Of a stretch of 64,000 nucleotides of DNA, positions 18,514 through 28,917 are shown in pieces. The DNA lies in contig JAJPHT010000022.1 in assembly GCA_021325135.1 (NCBI GenBank), positions 1 through 64,000 on the forward strand. Direction: 5' to 3'. Made by a program: the position numbers and the translations under genes. The notes below the pieces were generated by a model. It made no database searches, was not told the DNA's origin, and saw nothing but the letters and a program-made list of their open reading frames with translations. The stretch is from Pseudomonadota bacterium (lineage in GTDB: Archaea; Thermoplasmatota; SW-10-69-26; JACQPN01; JAJPHT01). Position 1 is the first letter of the stretch. The number at the start of each line of letters is the position of its first letter.

Positions 18514-20649
18514 GTGCAGCAGAGCGCGACCCTTCGCGTCACGGGCATGACGTGCGCCAACTGCGCGCGGACCATCGAGCGCAGCGTGGGCGCGCTGCCC
18601 GGCGTCGCGGACGCGCGGGTGAACCTGGCCACCGAGAAGCTGACCGCCGTCTTCGACGCGGAGCAGGCCGACCTCGCCCGCATCGAGCGGGCCATCGAGG
18701 CCGCGGGCTACGGCGTCGCCCGCGCCGCGCCCGCCGAGCTTGGCGCCCAGCCGCAGGACGAGCAGGCGCGCGACCGCTGGCGCCGCTTCCTCGTCGCGGC
18801 CCTCCTCGCCGCGCCGCTCCTCCTGCTTGCCATGGGCAGCATGCTGGCGGGCCGCGAGGCGCCGCTCCAGGGGTGGATCGAATGGGCCCTCGCCACGCCC
18901 GTCATGCTCTACTCGGCGCGCCCCTTCTACGAAGGCGCATGGAGGTCGCTCAGGAGCCACGGCGCCAACATGGACGTGCTCGTCGCGCTGGGCGCGGGCG
19001 CGGCCTACCTCTACAGCGCGGTCGAGGTCTTCGCGGGCGGCCCGCGCTACTTCGAGACCGCCGCGGCCATCGTCGCGCTGATCCTCCTGGGGAAGACCTT
19101 CGAGGCGCGCAGCAAGGCGCGAGCCTCCCGTGCCGTGAGGCAGCTTCTGGAGCTGGCCAGCAAGACGGCGCGCGTGCGCCGCGGCGGACAATGGGTCGAG
19201 GTCGACGCGAAGGAGGTGGCGCCCGGCGACCGGCTCCTGGTGAAGCCCGGCGAGCGCGTGCCCACCGACGGCCGCGTCGTCGCGGGCGCCTCCTCCGTGG
19301 ACGAGTCCATGGTCACGGGCGAAGGCGTTCCCGTGGAGAAGGCCCCGGGCGCCGAGGTCATCGGCGGGACCCTCGTCCAGGAGGGGAGCCTGGAGGTGGA
19401 GGCGACGCGCGTGGGCGCCGACACGGTGCTCGCGCAGATCGTCCGCCTCGTGGACGAGGCGCAGACGCGCCGCGCGCCCGTCGAGGCGCTCACCGACGCC
19501 GTCTCGCGCTGGTTCGTGCCCGCCGTCGTCGCCATCGCCCTCACCGCGGGCCTCGGCTGGGCCTTCGTGGGGCACGCGGGCCTCGCGGCGAGCCTGCGCA
19601 CCGCCATCGCGGTGCTCATCATCGCGTGCCCGTGCGCCATGGGCCTCGCGACGCCCACCGCCATCATGGTGGGCACCGGCCGCGGCGCCGAGAGCGGCAT
19701 CCTCCTCAGGGGGGGCGAGGCGCTGGAGCGCGCCCGCAAGGTGGACACGGTGCTCCTGGACAAGACGGGCACCCTCACCCGCGGCCGCCCCGAGGTGGTC
19801 GATATCATTCCCAGGGGCGTCGACGCGGCGGACCTGCTGTGCGCGGCCGCCGCGGCGGAGGCCCGCTCCGAGCACCCGCTGGCCTCCGCCATCGTCGCGC
19901 GCGCCGAGGCGGAGGGGCTCGCCCTGCCGCCGGTCGAAGGCTTTCGCAGCGAGCCGGGCGCGGGGGTCGAGGCGCTCGTGGAGGGAGAGCGCATCCGCGT
20001 CGCGCGGCCCGAGGCGGACGACGCGGACGTCGCGCGCCTGCGCGCGCAGGGCCGCACCGTCGTCGAGGTCCAGCACGAAGGGCAAAGGATCGGGCTCCTC
20101 GCCCTGGCGGACACGCTGAAGCCCACGAGCCGCGAGGCCGTCCAGCGCCTGCGCGGCATGGGCCTGGAGGTCGTCCTGGTCACGGGCGACCACCGCGAGA
20201 GCGCCGAGGCCATCGCCCGCGAGGCGGGCATCGCGCGCGTCGAGGCCGACGTGCGGCCCGCCGACAAGGCTGCCCTAGTCAAGCGATATCAAAGCGAGGG
20301 CCGCGTTGTCGCCATGGTGGGCGACGGCGTCAACGACGCGCCCGCCCTCGCGCAGGCCGACGTGGGCGTCGCCATGGGCGCGGGCGCCGACGTCGCCATC
20401 GAGGCGGGCGACGTCGTCCTCGTGGGCGACGACGTGCGCGACGTCGCGGCCGCGCTGGACCTCTCCCGCCGCACGCTGCGCAAGGTCTGGCAGAACCTCG
20501 GCTGGGCCTTCGGCTACAACGTGGTGCTCATCCCCGTCGCGGCCGCGGGGCTGCTGCACCCCATCCTGGCCGCCGGCGCGATGGCGTTCTCCTCGGTGAG
20601 CGTCGTCCTCAATTCCACCCTGCTCTCGCGGTGGTCGAAGGCCTCGTGA
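18514..20649 (+). CDS. copA: Cu(I)-exporting P1B-1 ATPase
   Basis: GMTCANC, TGE, CPC, DKTGT, SEHP, GDGVND, YN and MxxSS motifs. Confidence 0.95.
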   Translation: MQQSATLRVTGMTCANCARTIERSVGALPGVADARVNLATEKLTAVFDAEQADLARIERAIEAAGYGVARAAPAELGAQPQDEQARDRWRRFLVAALLAAPLLLLAMGSMLAGREAPLQGWIEWALATPVMLYSARPFYEGAWRSLRSHGANMDVLVALGAGAAYLYSAVEVFAGGPRYFETAAAIVALILLGKTFEARSKARASRAVRQLLELASKTARVRRGGQWVEVDAKEVAPGDRLLVKPGERVPTDGRVVAGASSVDESMVTGEGVPVEKAPGAEVIGGTLVQEGSLEVEATRVGADTVLAQIVRLVDEAQTRRAPVEALTDAVSRWFVPAVVAIALTAGLGWAFVGHAGLAASLRTAIAVLIIACPCAMGLATPTAIMVGTGRGAESGILLRGGEALERARKVDTVLLDKTGTLTRGRPEVVDIIPRGVDAADLLCAAAAAEARSEHPLASAIVARAEAEGLALPPVEGFRSEPGAGVEALVEGERIRVARPEADDADVARLRAQGRTVVEVQHEGQRIGLLALADTLKPTSREAVQRLRGMGLEVVLVTGDHRESAEAIAREAGIARVEADVRPADKAALVKRYQSEGRVVAMVGDGVNDAPALAQADVGVAMGAGADVAIEAGDVVLVGDDVRDVAAALDLSRRTLRKVWQNLGWAFGYNVVLIPVAAAGLLHPILAAGAMAFSSVSVVLNSTLLSRWSKAS

Positions 20650-20666
20650 CTTTCTCGCCACCACTG

Positions 20667-20752
20667 GACGCGACGACGCCACGGCGCCACGACGCGACGC
20701 TTGGGGGAAATTGTCGCGTCGTGGCGCCGTGGTGTCATCGCGTCGAGGGGTG
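20667..20752. repeat. Palindromic repeat family B, copy 1
   Basis: 32-bp arms (30/32 complementary) made of GACGCSAC-like octamers; near-identical copy at 57194. Confidence 0.85.
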
Positions 20753-20789
20753 ACGAAGGAGAGCGCCGCGAATTCTCTAGCAAGCCAGG

Positions 20790-22340
20790 TCACTTCGGCT
20801 TCCGCAGCCGCCGCACCAGGTTGGACGTCAGGCCGGCGCCCACCTTCGCCTTGTCCGACGCGGAGCCGTAGAGGAAGCGCGCGCCGGCCATGAACGTGTC
20901 CCGGAGCTGGGGCCCGTAGGGGAACCACCACACGCTGGGCGCGCGGGGCGGCACGACGTTGACGTGGCGCGGCTTGGTCATCTCCAGGAGGCCCAGGGGG
21001 CCGTGCGTGCGGCCGTGGCCGCTCTCCTTGACACCGCCCCAGGGCGTCTCGTTGGCCGCGAAGGTGTACGCCGCGTCGTTCACGACCACGGTGCCCGCCT
21101 CCAGGCGGCGCGCGAGGGCCTCGCCGCGGGCCACGTCCGAGGTCCACACGCTCGCGCAGAGGCCGAAGCGCGTGGAGTTGGCGGCGCGGAGGGCGTCCTC
21201 CACGTCGTCGAAGGGCACGATGGGCAGGATGGGGCCGAAGCACTCCTCGGCGAGGAGGCGCGCGTCGGAGGGCAGGTCCACGACCACCGTGGGCTCGAAG
21301 AACTGCGGGCCCAGGTCGGGCCTCGCGCGCCCGCCGCAGAGGATGCGGCCGCCGCGCTTGCGGGCGTCCGCGACGAAGTCCTCCATGTCCTGCACGCTGC
21401 GCGGGTCGGTGAGCGCGCCGATCTCCGTCTTGGGGTCCATGGGGTCGCCGACGCGCAGCGCGGAGGCGAGGGCGACGACCTCGGCCACGAAGCGGTCGTG
21501 GATGGAGCGGTGGACGTACACGCGCTTGACGGCCGCGCACGTCTGGCCCGCGTTGGTGAAGCGCCCCCACGCGATGCCGCGCGCCGTCCACTCGGGCGCG
21601 TCCTCCAGCACGAGGGCCGGGTCGCTGCCGCCAAGCTCCATGGTGCTGCGCACGCCGCGGGCGAGGAGGCGCTGGTCCACCTGGCGCCCCACGGGCACGC
21701 TGCCGGTGAAGACGAGGTGGTCCACGTCGGCGTCCACCAGCGCTTCGCCCGCCTCGCGGCCGCTCCCGGGGACCACGAGGCAGACGTCCGCGGGGATGCC
21801 GGCCTTCGTCATGAGGTCGCGCATGCGCAGCGCGCAGAGGGGCGTGAAGCTCGCGGGCTTGAGCACGACGGCGTTCCCCGCCAGCAGGGCGTAGACGACG
21901 TTGCCGCACGGGATCGCCAGGGGATAGTTCCACGGGCTGACGATGCCCACGACGCCCAGGGGCGCGCGCTCGATGGTGCTCACGCGGCCCAGGAAGAGGG
22001 GGTTGGAGAGGCGCGTCCGCTCGGGGCGGAGGACCTTGGGGCCGTGCGTCGCCGCCCACTTGACGCTGTCAAGCGCCGCGAGCACGTCGACGCCCAGCGC
22101 CTCGACGAAGGGCTTGCCCGTCTCCTGCGAGACCAGGCGCGCCATCTCCTCGCGGTCCGCCAGAAGCTCCGCCTGGAACGCGCGCAGAAGAGCCGCGCGC
22201 TCCTCCACGCCGCGGGCGGCCCATGCGGGCTGCGCGGCGCGGGCGCGGGCCACGGCGGCCTGAACGTCGGCGCGCGTGGCCGCGGGGATCTCAGCCAAGG
22301 TCTCGCCGGTCGCGGGGTTGCGGACCACCAGGGTGGCCAT
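20790..22340 (-). CDS. NAD(P)-dependent aldehyde dehydrogenase
   Basis: PWNYP, LKPA, FTGS, ELGG, NAGQTC, EECFGP, PWGGVKESG. Confidence 0.93.
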   Translation of the reverse strand: MATLVVRNPATGETLAEIPAATRADVQAAVARARAAQPAWAARGVEERAALLRAFQAELLADREEMARLVSQETGKPFVEALGVDVLAALDSVKWAATHGPKVLRPERTRLSNPLFLGRVSTIERAPLGVVGIVSPWNYPLAIPCGNVVYALLAGNAVVLKPASFTPLCALRMRDLMTKAGIPADVCLVVPGSGREAGEALVDADVDHLVFTGSVPVGRQVDQRLLARGVRSTMELGGSDPALVLEDAPEWTARGIAWGRFTNAGQTCAAVKRVYVHRSIHDRFVAEVVALASALRVGDPMDPKTEIGALTDPRSVQDMEDFVADARKRGGRILCGGRARPDLGPQFFEPTVVVDLPSDARLLAEECFGPILPIVPFDDVEDALRAANSTRFGLCASVWTSDVARGEALARRLEAGTVVVNDAAYTFAANETPWGGVKESGHGRTHGPLGLLEMTKPRHVNVVPPRAPSVWWFPYGPQLRDTFMAGARFLYGSASDKAKVGAGLTSNLVRRLRKPK

Positions 22341-22477
22341 GGCTTTCCCAGGTGCCCCGCGACGGATAAACGCTGGGATGGATCGCAGGACGTTCGGGGA
22401 TCAGCTTCCGGCGGCCATGAGCCGCTTGAGGCATGGAGACGATGGGGGTTGGTTGCCCCAGATCGTCTGAAGAGCCC

Positions 22478-22810
22478 TCAGCCGCCACACGTCACAGCGA
22501 TGGTCTCCAGAGACTCCGAGATGCAAATTCCGGTTTCACTCACGTCTGCAGTGGTGAAGTCGTGGCACTGGAGCGTCGCAGCAATCTGATCAGACACCGT
22601 GCAAGAAGCCGGATTGTTGCTGCAGGCTGCCGCTCCCTTTGCTCCCGGGGGGCCCTCCACGGTCACGGAGATGGTGGAGCCGGCTGAGCAGGTGAAGCTG
22701 CAGGACAGGACGCCGACGGCTACGCAGGAAGTTGCAGCCGCCGTTGGGACAACGGTGATTCCTGCAAAGAGAGTCGTGCTGGCGACAAGGGCAATAAGGT
22801 AAGGTTTCAT
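22478..22810 (-). CDS. Small secreted Cys-rich protein (8 Cys) in a lower-GC segment
   Basis: Signal peptide MKPYLIALVASTTLFAG...AAA; even number of Cys. Confidence 0.6.
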   Translation of the reverse strand: MKPYLIALVASTTLFAGITVVPTAAATSCVAVGVLSCSFTCSAGSTISVTVEGPPGAKGAAACSNNPASCTVSDQIAATLQCHDFTTADVSETGICISESLETIAVTCGG

Positions 22811-23176
22811 GGAATCTCGCTCTGTGCGGAACGATAGCCTTTCTTGGATTAGAAATCGCCCGCATTTTCCAAAACGATATGATCGGTTACATATCTTTCG
22901 TCAGCGCTTCAAGATTCGCAGGCCCTTCTTGCGTTACCGCGCGACGCGCGGCCAGTCCAAAGCTCCCCAAGGCCAGACGCATAGGCCGGGCGAAAGGCGA
23001 GGCGCAGGTATGGCGACCCCCTTCAATTTCAACCGGGGTCGGGGCGAATGTGAGGCTCAGGGATGACACTTCCGGAGGCCTCCGCGCACCGAAGAAGACG
23101 GCAAGGCGAAGGCAGCAGCGTGCCCGCGCCCGCCCAGGGATCTAGAGAATGCGTCTTCACGCGACCCGGTCCAAGT

Positions 23177-26014
23177 TTACGACCAGAACTGCCGCGTCTT
23201 CGCGTAGTTGATCTCGGCCTCCATGATGGCGCGCAGGAACGCGTCGTGCCCCTCGGCCTGCTTCGCGAGGATGCGCCCCGCCGTCTCGGGCCCGACGCCG
23301 CGCGCGGCGAGGGCCAAGAGCGCGCGCTCGCCGTGGTCCGCGACGAGGTTGGCGCTGGTGGCGAGGCGGGCCATCTCCTTGCGGCCCTCCTCGTCCAGCG
23401 TCGCGCCCTTGCTCGCGCGCATCACGCGCCGGGCCTGCTCGTTCCACGGCCGCGTGACGCCCAGGAGGATGCCGCCGCACTTGGGGCACTTGCGGGAGTG
23501 GACGGCGCGCTTCACGCGCGTCTCCACCTGCCACTGGCGGCAGTTGAGGCAGCCCAGCACGACGCGCTCGTCCTTGAGGCGCTCCTCGATGGCGCTCAGG
23601 AGCGTCTTGTCGGCGCGGGCGGGGGAGATCAATTCGATCTTGCGGTCCAGCCCCGCGGCGGCGATGGGCGAGAGCCCCTGCTCCACGAGGGCGATCTCCC
23701 CGGCGCGCAGCGCGCGGAGGACCTCCTGCGTGCGGGGCACGTCCAGCTTGTCCTCGAAGACCTCGCGCAGCGCCTCCTGGTGGAGCGGCGTGCCCTTGAA
23801 GACGTCCAGCATGCGGCCCACGTTCACGCGCTGGTAGTCCACCTGCCGCGAGAGCGCGCCGAACTTGCGCGCGGTGTGGAAGAGGCGGTACTTGAGGTAC
23901 GTCGAGCCCTGGAGGACGAGCCCCAGGAGCGTCGGCACGTGCTCGGGCTCGATGGCGAGGAGCACGTCCTTCACCATGGCCGTGGGCACGCGCGCCGGCA
24001 TGGTGAGCACGATGCGGTACGGGTCCACGTCGAGGCCCACGCTGCTGCCCAGGCGCGCCGTGAGAAGGCTCGCGAGGATGCGGCCCAGCGTCTCGTTGAC
24101 CTGCGTGCCGAAGCAGGCGTTGAGCACGATCACGCCCGCGCCGTTGTCCAGCGTCACGAGGCGGTCCGTGGGCAGCGCGTACTGCCCCTGCTCCTCGACG
24201 TACTCCACGAGGCTCCACGCCGCGTCCATCTCCGCCTTGTGCTCCTGCGCGACCCAGCGCGCCGCGGCCTCCTCGCCCTGCCCCTCCACGATCTCGCGGA
24301 TGCGCCGCCGAAGCTCGCCCACCCCCTGCGCCACGGCCCACGGCACGGGGATCTCCTCGCCCACCCACGAGGGGATCGCGCCCATGGGGTCCTTGATGGG
24401 CTCCACGCGCACCTCAAGCTGCTCCGCGTCGATCTCCGCGATGCGCCACGGCTGCCCCTGCACGATGAACGTCGCGCCCGGCTCCGCGAACGACGCCACG
24501 AACCCTTCGTTGAGGGTCGCCACGCTGCGCCGCGTCACGAGGTTCACCACCCGGTACGTCAGCTCGTCCGGGATCATGGAGATGTTCTCGAAGAAGTAGT
24601 CGCGGGTCCTCTTCTTGGAGCCGATGACGCCGTCCTCGTGGTACACGACCCACAAGTCGTGGAGCTGCTTCACCACCGCCATGAACTCGTCCAGCGACAG
24701 GTCCCGGAACGGATGCGCCCGGCGCGCGACCTGATAGCACTCCAGGTCCCCGACGCGGCGCTTCTCCAGCGCCATGGCCGCGACCTGGTTGGCCAGCACG
24801 TCCAGGGGCTTCTTCGGCGAGGGCAGGCGCTCCATGCGCTCGGCCAGAGTCTCCTTCACGATGACCGCGGCCTCGGCCACGTCGTCGGGGTCCTGCGCGA
24901 CGACCACGCCGTTGCTCACTAGATCATGCCGGTGCCCCGCGCGCCCCACGCGCTGGACCAGGCGCGTGACCTGCCGCGGGCTCGTCATCTGGAGCACGAG
25001 GTCCGCGTCGCCGATGTCGATGCCAAGCTCCATGCTGCTCGTGCAGATGAGCCCGCGCGCCTTGCCGCTCTTGAACGCCTGCTCCGCCGCGATGCGCACG
25101 TCGCGCGCCAGCGAGCCGTGATGCACCGCGATGGGCGGCACGCCGTCGCCCAGGAGGCGGATGCGCGCGGCCAGCACCTCCGCCGTCTCGCGCGTGTTGA
25201 CGAAGAGGAGCGTCTGCTTCTGCTCGCGGATGCGGTCCAGGCACGCGTTGAGGTACGCGGCCGCCTCGGGGCGCGCCATGATCCGCTCCGCCGTGGCGCG
25301 GTCGCGCGTCGTTGGCTTGGGGCTCACCACCTGGAGGTCCAACTGCTTCGAGACGGGGACCTTCACCGTGCGGACCTCGCGCCCTACACCGCCCAAGTAT
25401 GCGGCCACGTCCTCGGGGTCGCCCACGGTGGCGGAGAGGCCCACGCGTTGAAACTCGCCCGCGTGGCCCACGAGGCGCTCCAGCGCGACGGCGAGCTGCG
25501 CGCCGCGCTCGTCGCTGGCAAGCTCGTGCACCTCGTCGAGGACGACGGCCTTGACGCCCGCGAGCCCTTGCACGAGGCGGCGGCCCAGGAAGAGGAGCTG
25601 GAGCGTCTCGGGCGTCGTGATGAGCACGTCGGGCGGGTGGCGGCTCTGGCGGTCGCGCTCGCCCGCGGTGGTGTCGCCGTGGCGCACGCGCACGTCGAGG
25701 CCCATGGCCTTGCCCCACTCGTGGAGGCGCGCCATGAGGTCGCGGTTGAGCGCGCGAAGCGGCGTGACGTAGAGGAGCTTGATGCGGTCCTTCCACTCGT
25801 GGTGCGGGGCCACCCGCTTCCAGCGCAGCAGGTTGTCGAAGAGGGGCAGGATCGCGCTCTCGGTCTTGCCCATGCCGGTGGGCGCCAGGAGGAGCGTGTG
25901 CTCGCCCGCGTGGATGGGGGGCAGCGCGGCGGCCTGCGCCTTCGTGGGGTGCGTGATGCCGCGGCCCGCGAGGTATTGCCTCCACTCGGGGAGCAGGAGG
26001 TCGAACCCGGTCAC
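23177..26014 (-). CDS. lhr: Lhr-like SF2 helicase with C-terminal Zn-finger/HhH region
   Basis: APTGMGKT, TPLRALN, DEVHE, GLSAT, HHGSL, QRVGRAGH, CLNC...CPKC. Confidence 0.92.
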   Translation of the reverse strand: MTGFDLLLPEWRQYLAGRGITHPTKAQAAALPPIHAGEHTLLLAPTGMGKTESAILPLFDNLLRWKRVAPHHEWKDRIKLLYVTPLRALNRDLMARLHEWGKAMGLDVRVRHGDTTAGERDRQSRHPPDVLITTPETLQLLFLGRRLVQGLAGVKAVVLDEVHELASDERGAQLAVALERLVGHAGEFQRVGLSATVGDPEDVAAYLGGVGREVRTVKVPVSKQLDLQVVSPKPTTRDRATAERIMARPEAAAYLNACLDRIREQKQTLLFVNTRETAEVLAARIRLLGDGVPPIAVHHGSLARDVRIAAEQAFKSGKARGLICTSSMELGIDIGDADLVLQMTSPRQVTRLVQRVGRAGHRHDLVSNGVVVAQDPDDVAEAAVIVKETLAERMERLPSPKKPLDVLANQVAAMALEKRRVGDLECYQVARRAHPFRDLSLDEFMAVVKQLHDLWVVYHEDGVIGSKKRTRDYFFENISMIPDELTYRVVNLVTRRSVATLNEGFVASFAEPGATFIVQGQPWRIAEIDAEQLEVRVEPIKDPMGAIPSWVGEEIPVPWAVAQGVGELRRRIREIVEGQGEEAAARWVAQEHKAEMDAAWSLVEYVEEQGQYALPTDRLVTLDNGAGVIVLNACFGTQVNETLGRILASLLTARLGSSVGLDVDPYRIVLTMPARVPTAMVKDVLLAIEPEHVPTLLGLVLQGSTYLKYRLFHTARKFGALSRQVDYQRVNVGRMLDVFKGTPLHQEALREVFEDKLDVPRTQEVLRALRAGEIALVEQGLSPIAAAGLDRKIELISPARADKTLLSAIEERLKDERVVLGCLNCRQWQVETRVKRAVHSRKCPKCGGILLGVTRPWNEQARRVMRASKGATLDEEGRKEMARLATSANLVADHGERALLALAARGVGPETAGRILAKQAEGHDAFLRAIMEAEINYAKTRQFWS

Positions 26015-26838
26015 TCGATCCAGCCCGCCCGCCGCTTCTGATATCGCTCGCGGCGCTTGCGGCCCGTGGGGTTGTCGTCCCCGAAGCGCTTCAGCGACGC
26101 GATGGTGCCCAGGTCCACGCCGTCCAGCGTGAAGGCGCGCCCGGCGTCCGGGTCCACGAGGCCGTTCCCGAAGAGGGGGCCCAGGAGGCGCTCGCCCTCC
26201 AGCGCGTTGAACGCCGTGCCGCCGGTCAATTCGTTGAACGCGGGCATGACGATCATCTGCGCGCCCTCCGGAAGCATGGGGTACTGCTTACGGGCGGCCT
26301 CGGTGAAGGGCGCGCGGATCCACGCGGGCTCCTTGTGGCGGTGCCCCAGCGCGTCCATGAGCAGGACCGCCGGGTGGTTGTGGCACGTGACCACCGTGCG
26401 CGCGGACATGATGTCGTCGGAAGGCCACGTGTGGCCGTGGAGCAGCGCGACGTCGCCCACGAGGATGCCCGTCGCGTCGTGGACCTCCACGTCCAGGAGC
26501 CCGTCCAGGTCCACGTCGTGGTTGCCCGGCACCAGCTCCACCTTGGCGGGGAGGCCGCGGAAGAACGTGGGAAGCTCGCGGATCTCCTGGCGCGTCGAGT
26601 AGGGGACCTTGTGCTTGAGGTCGCCGATGACGATGAGGCGCTTCGCGGCGGTGCGGCGGAGGACCTCCTCCAGGCGGGCGCGCATGCGCGACGTCTGGCT
26701 GGGCAGGTGGACGCCCGCGCGCGCGAGGTCGCTCTCCAGGCCCACGTGCACGTCGCCCACCGCGACCGCGTCCGCGTCGGGGAGGTGGAGCGCGCGCTCG
26801 CCGAAGAGGGGGACGGGTCCCCGGGCCGCGGGCTCCAT
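26011..26838 (-). CDS. Metallophosphoesterase (Lhr-associated type)
   Basis: GDVHVG, GDLKH, GNHD, HGH, HNHP, MPAFN; overlaps the lhr start. Confidence 0.88.
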   Translation of the reverse strand: MEPAARGPVPLFGERALHLPDADAVAVGDVHVGLESDLARAGVHLPSQTSRMRARLEEVLRRTAAKRLIVIGDLKHKVPYSTRQEIRELPTFFRGLPAKVELVPGNHDVDLDGLLDVEVHDATGILVGDVALLHGHTWPSDDIMSARTVVTCHNHPAVLLMDALGHRHKEPAWIRAPFTEAARKQYPMLPEGAQMIVMPAFNELTGGTAFNALEGERLLGPLFGNGLVDPDAGRAFTLDGVDLGTIASLKRFGDDNPTGRKRRERYQKRRAGWIE

Positions 26839-26900
26839 GCCTCCGGCTTGAGGCCGGGATGGGGAAGAAGCTTTGCGCGAAGGGGCGCGCTGATGGGGCG

Positions 26901-27653
26901 ATGGACTGGGAGTTCACCGACTACGACCCGGGAGAGATGGAGGGCGCGTTCCTCCTCGTCGCGGTCCCCGTCACGCGCAACGTGCCCACCATCGTCGCGT
27001 CCGCGCTCCTGCGCTCGCCTCAGCGGCGCCTCGCGGTGGCGATCAACAGCGATCGCCTGCCGCCCGTGAGCATGTCCTACGCGGGCGTCGTGAGCGGGCC
27101 CATGCACGTCTGGGCGCTGCCGGGGCCCGCCGGCCCCCGTCTCGCGGGCCGGGAGCTGCTCGTCCTCGCCAGCGACGTGCGCCTCGTCCCCGAGGCGCTC
27201 ATGGGCTTCTGCGGCGCGCTGGCGCGCTGGGCGAAGGAGAAGCGCATCGGGTTCGCCCTCGCCATCGAGGCCGCCGACGCGGACGAGGTCCCGGCGGCGC
27301 CCAGCCTGGCCGCGACCTACGCAGGCGAAGGCGCGCTCGACGCGCTGGGGCTTCCGAAGTACGAGGGCGTCCACGCGGGGTTCAACGCCGCGTTCCTCGC
27401 GCGCTTCAACCAGCACAAGCTCGCGGCCGCGGGCGTCTTCGCGCCCAGCGCGGGGGACCCCGTGAGCGACGCCACCGCCGCCGTGCGCGTCCTGCAGGCC
27501 ATCGCCCCCCTGCTGCCGCGCCCGCTGGTCGCGGGGAACCTCGACCGGCTCGCGCACGACGCGGCGGAGCTGGTCGCGCGGACGCTGGCCGACCAGGAGG
27601 CCGCCAGGCAGGGCCTCATGGCCTCGGCCCGCGGGGACCCGGGCTACCTTTGA
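26901..27653 (+). CDS. PAC2-family proteasome assembly chaperone-like protein
   Basis: INSDRLPPVS, D..AAVRVLQAI pattern; C-terminal GYL resembles an HbYX motif. Confidence 0.6.
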   Translation: MDWEFTDYDPGEMEGAFLLVAVPVTRNVPTIVASALLRSPQRRLAVAINSDRLPPVSMSYAGVVSGPMHVWALPGPAGPRLAGRELLVLASDVRLVPEALMGFCGALARWAKEKRIGFALAIEAADADEVPAAPSLAATYAGEGALDALGLPKYEGVHAGFNAAFLARFNQHKLAAAGVFAPSAGDPVSDATAAVRVLQAIAPLLPRPLVAGNLDRLAHDAAELVARTLADQEAARQGLMASARGDPGYL

Positions 27654-27708
27654 ACCCCGCTCTATATTGTGGCAAAGGAATATACGCTTTGCACGATATT
27701 GTAGGGTC

Positions 27709-28029
27709 GTGGCCGACGTCTTCGAGATCCTGGCCGACCCCACCCGGCGGCGGCTCCTCAAGGCCCTCCGCGGCGGGGAGCGCTCCGTCAACGAGCTCGT
27801 CGAGGAGGTCGACATCCACCAGCCGGGCGTCTCGCGGCAGCTCCGCATCCTGCACGAGGCCGGCTTCGTGGAGGTCCGCCCCGACCGTCAGCGCCGCCTC
27901 TACTCGCTCCGCCCGGAGCCGTTCCGCGAGCTGGAGGACTGGATGAACGACTACCGTCAGATCTGGGACGCGCGCTTCGACAAGCTCGCGGCCCACCTCG
28001 CCAGCCAGAAGAAGAAGGACGTGAAGTGA
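27709..28029 (+). CDS. ArsR/SmtB family regulator
   Basis: FEILADPTRRRLL...VSRQLRILHEAG...WDARFDKL. Confidence 0.9.
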   Translation: MADVFEILADPTRRRLLKALRGGERSVNELVEEVDIHQPGVSRQLRILHEAGFVEVRPDRQRRLYSLRPEPFRELEDWMNDYRQIWDARFDKLAAHLASQKKKDVK

Positions 28030-28917
28030 ATGACGCAGCAGCACGCACCCCCCAAGCCCGGCAGCCAGACCATGCGCCTGGAGCGCGTCTTCGACGCCTC
28101 CCCCGAGGACCTCTGGGTGGCGTTCACGCGGCCCGAGCAGCTGGCCAAGTGGATCAGCCCCTTCCCCGGCGTGGACGCGGAGGTGCACGAGATGGACGCC
28201 CGCAAGGGCGGCCGCGTGCGCTTCACCATGATCGACGAGAAGGGCACGCGCTACCCCGAGGAGGAGCTTCTCTTCGAGTCCTTGACGCCCTACAAGGAGA
28301 TCGTCCAGTACCAGAGCAACGCCGGGCGCAGCGACGTCTTCGCCGACCACCCGATGCGCATGACGATCACGCTGGAGCCTCAGGGCCCGCGCACGAAGCT
28401 CACGCTCGTCCAGGAGGGGCTCCCCGCGGGCTTCCCGCTGGACATGGCCAAGGGCGGGTTCAGCGCCTGCCTCGACAAGCTCGCCAAGGTCGTCTCGCGC
28501 CCCGCGCACGGCAAGACGCTGCGCCTGGAGCGCGCGTTCGACGCCTCGCCCGCGGACCTGTGGGCCGCGTGGACCGACCCCAGGCAGTACGCGAAGTGGT
28601 TCAACCCCGCGCCCGGCATGGACCTCGTGGTCCACGAGTTCGATGTGCGCGTCGGCGGGCAGATCCGCTTCGACATGCCCCAGCCCGACGGGAACCGCAA
28701 CCCGCAGGAGGGCGTGTTCCACGTGCTGTCGCCCCACACGAGGATCGTCTCGGGCTCGCCCGACAAGTCGTTCCTCCTGGACGTGCGCCTCGTCCCGGAA
28801 GGCAAGCGCACGCGCATGGTGGTCGAGGTCACGGGCGTCCCGCCCGAGTACCACGCCATGGCGACGCAGGGCTGGAACGCGGGCTTCGACAAGCTCGAGG
28901 CGCTGCTCGCGCGCTAG
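28030..28917 (+). CDS. Tandem two-domain SRPBCC/AHSA1 protein
   Basis: Two LER.FDASP.DLW repeats, each ending in G...DKL. Confidence 0.88.
   Translation: MTQQHAPPKPGSQTMRLERVFDASPEDLWVAFTRPEQLAKWISPFPGVDAEVHEMDARKGGRVRFTMIDEKGTRYPEEELLFESLTPYKEIVQYQSNAGRSDVFADHPMRMTITLEPQGPRTKLTLVQEGLPAGFPLDMAKGGFSACLDKLAKVVSRPAHGKTLRLERAFDASPADLWAAWTDPRQYAKWFNPAPGMDLVVHEFDVRVGGQIRFDMPQPDGNRNPQEGVFHVLSPHTRIVSGSPDKSFLLDVRLVPEGKRTRMVVEVTGVPPEYHAMATQGWNAGFDKLEALLAR

Noticed and set aside
22809-23145. Short ORFs in the lower-GC gap
   Set aside because: No motifs and no coding-like bias; more likely the promoter region of the Cys-rich gene.
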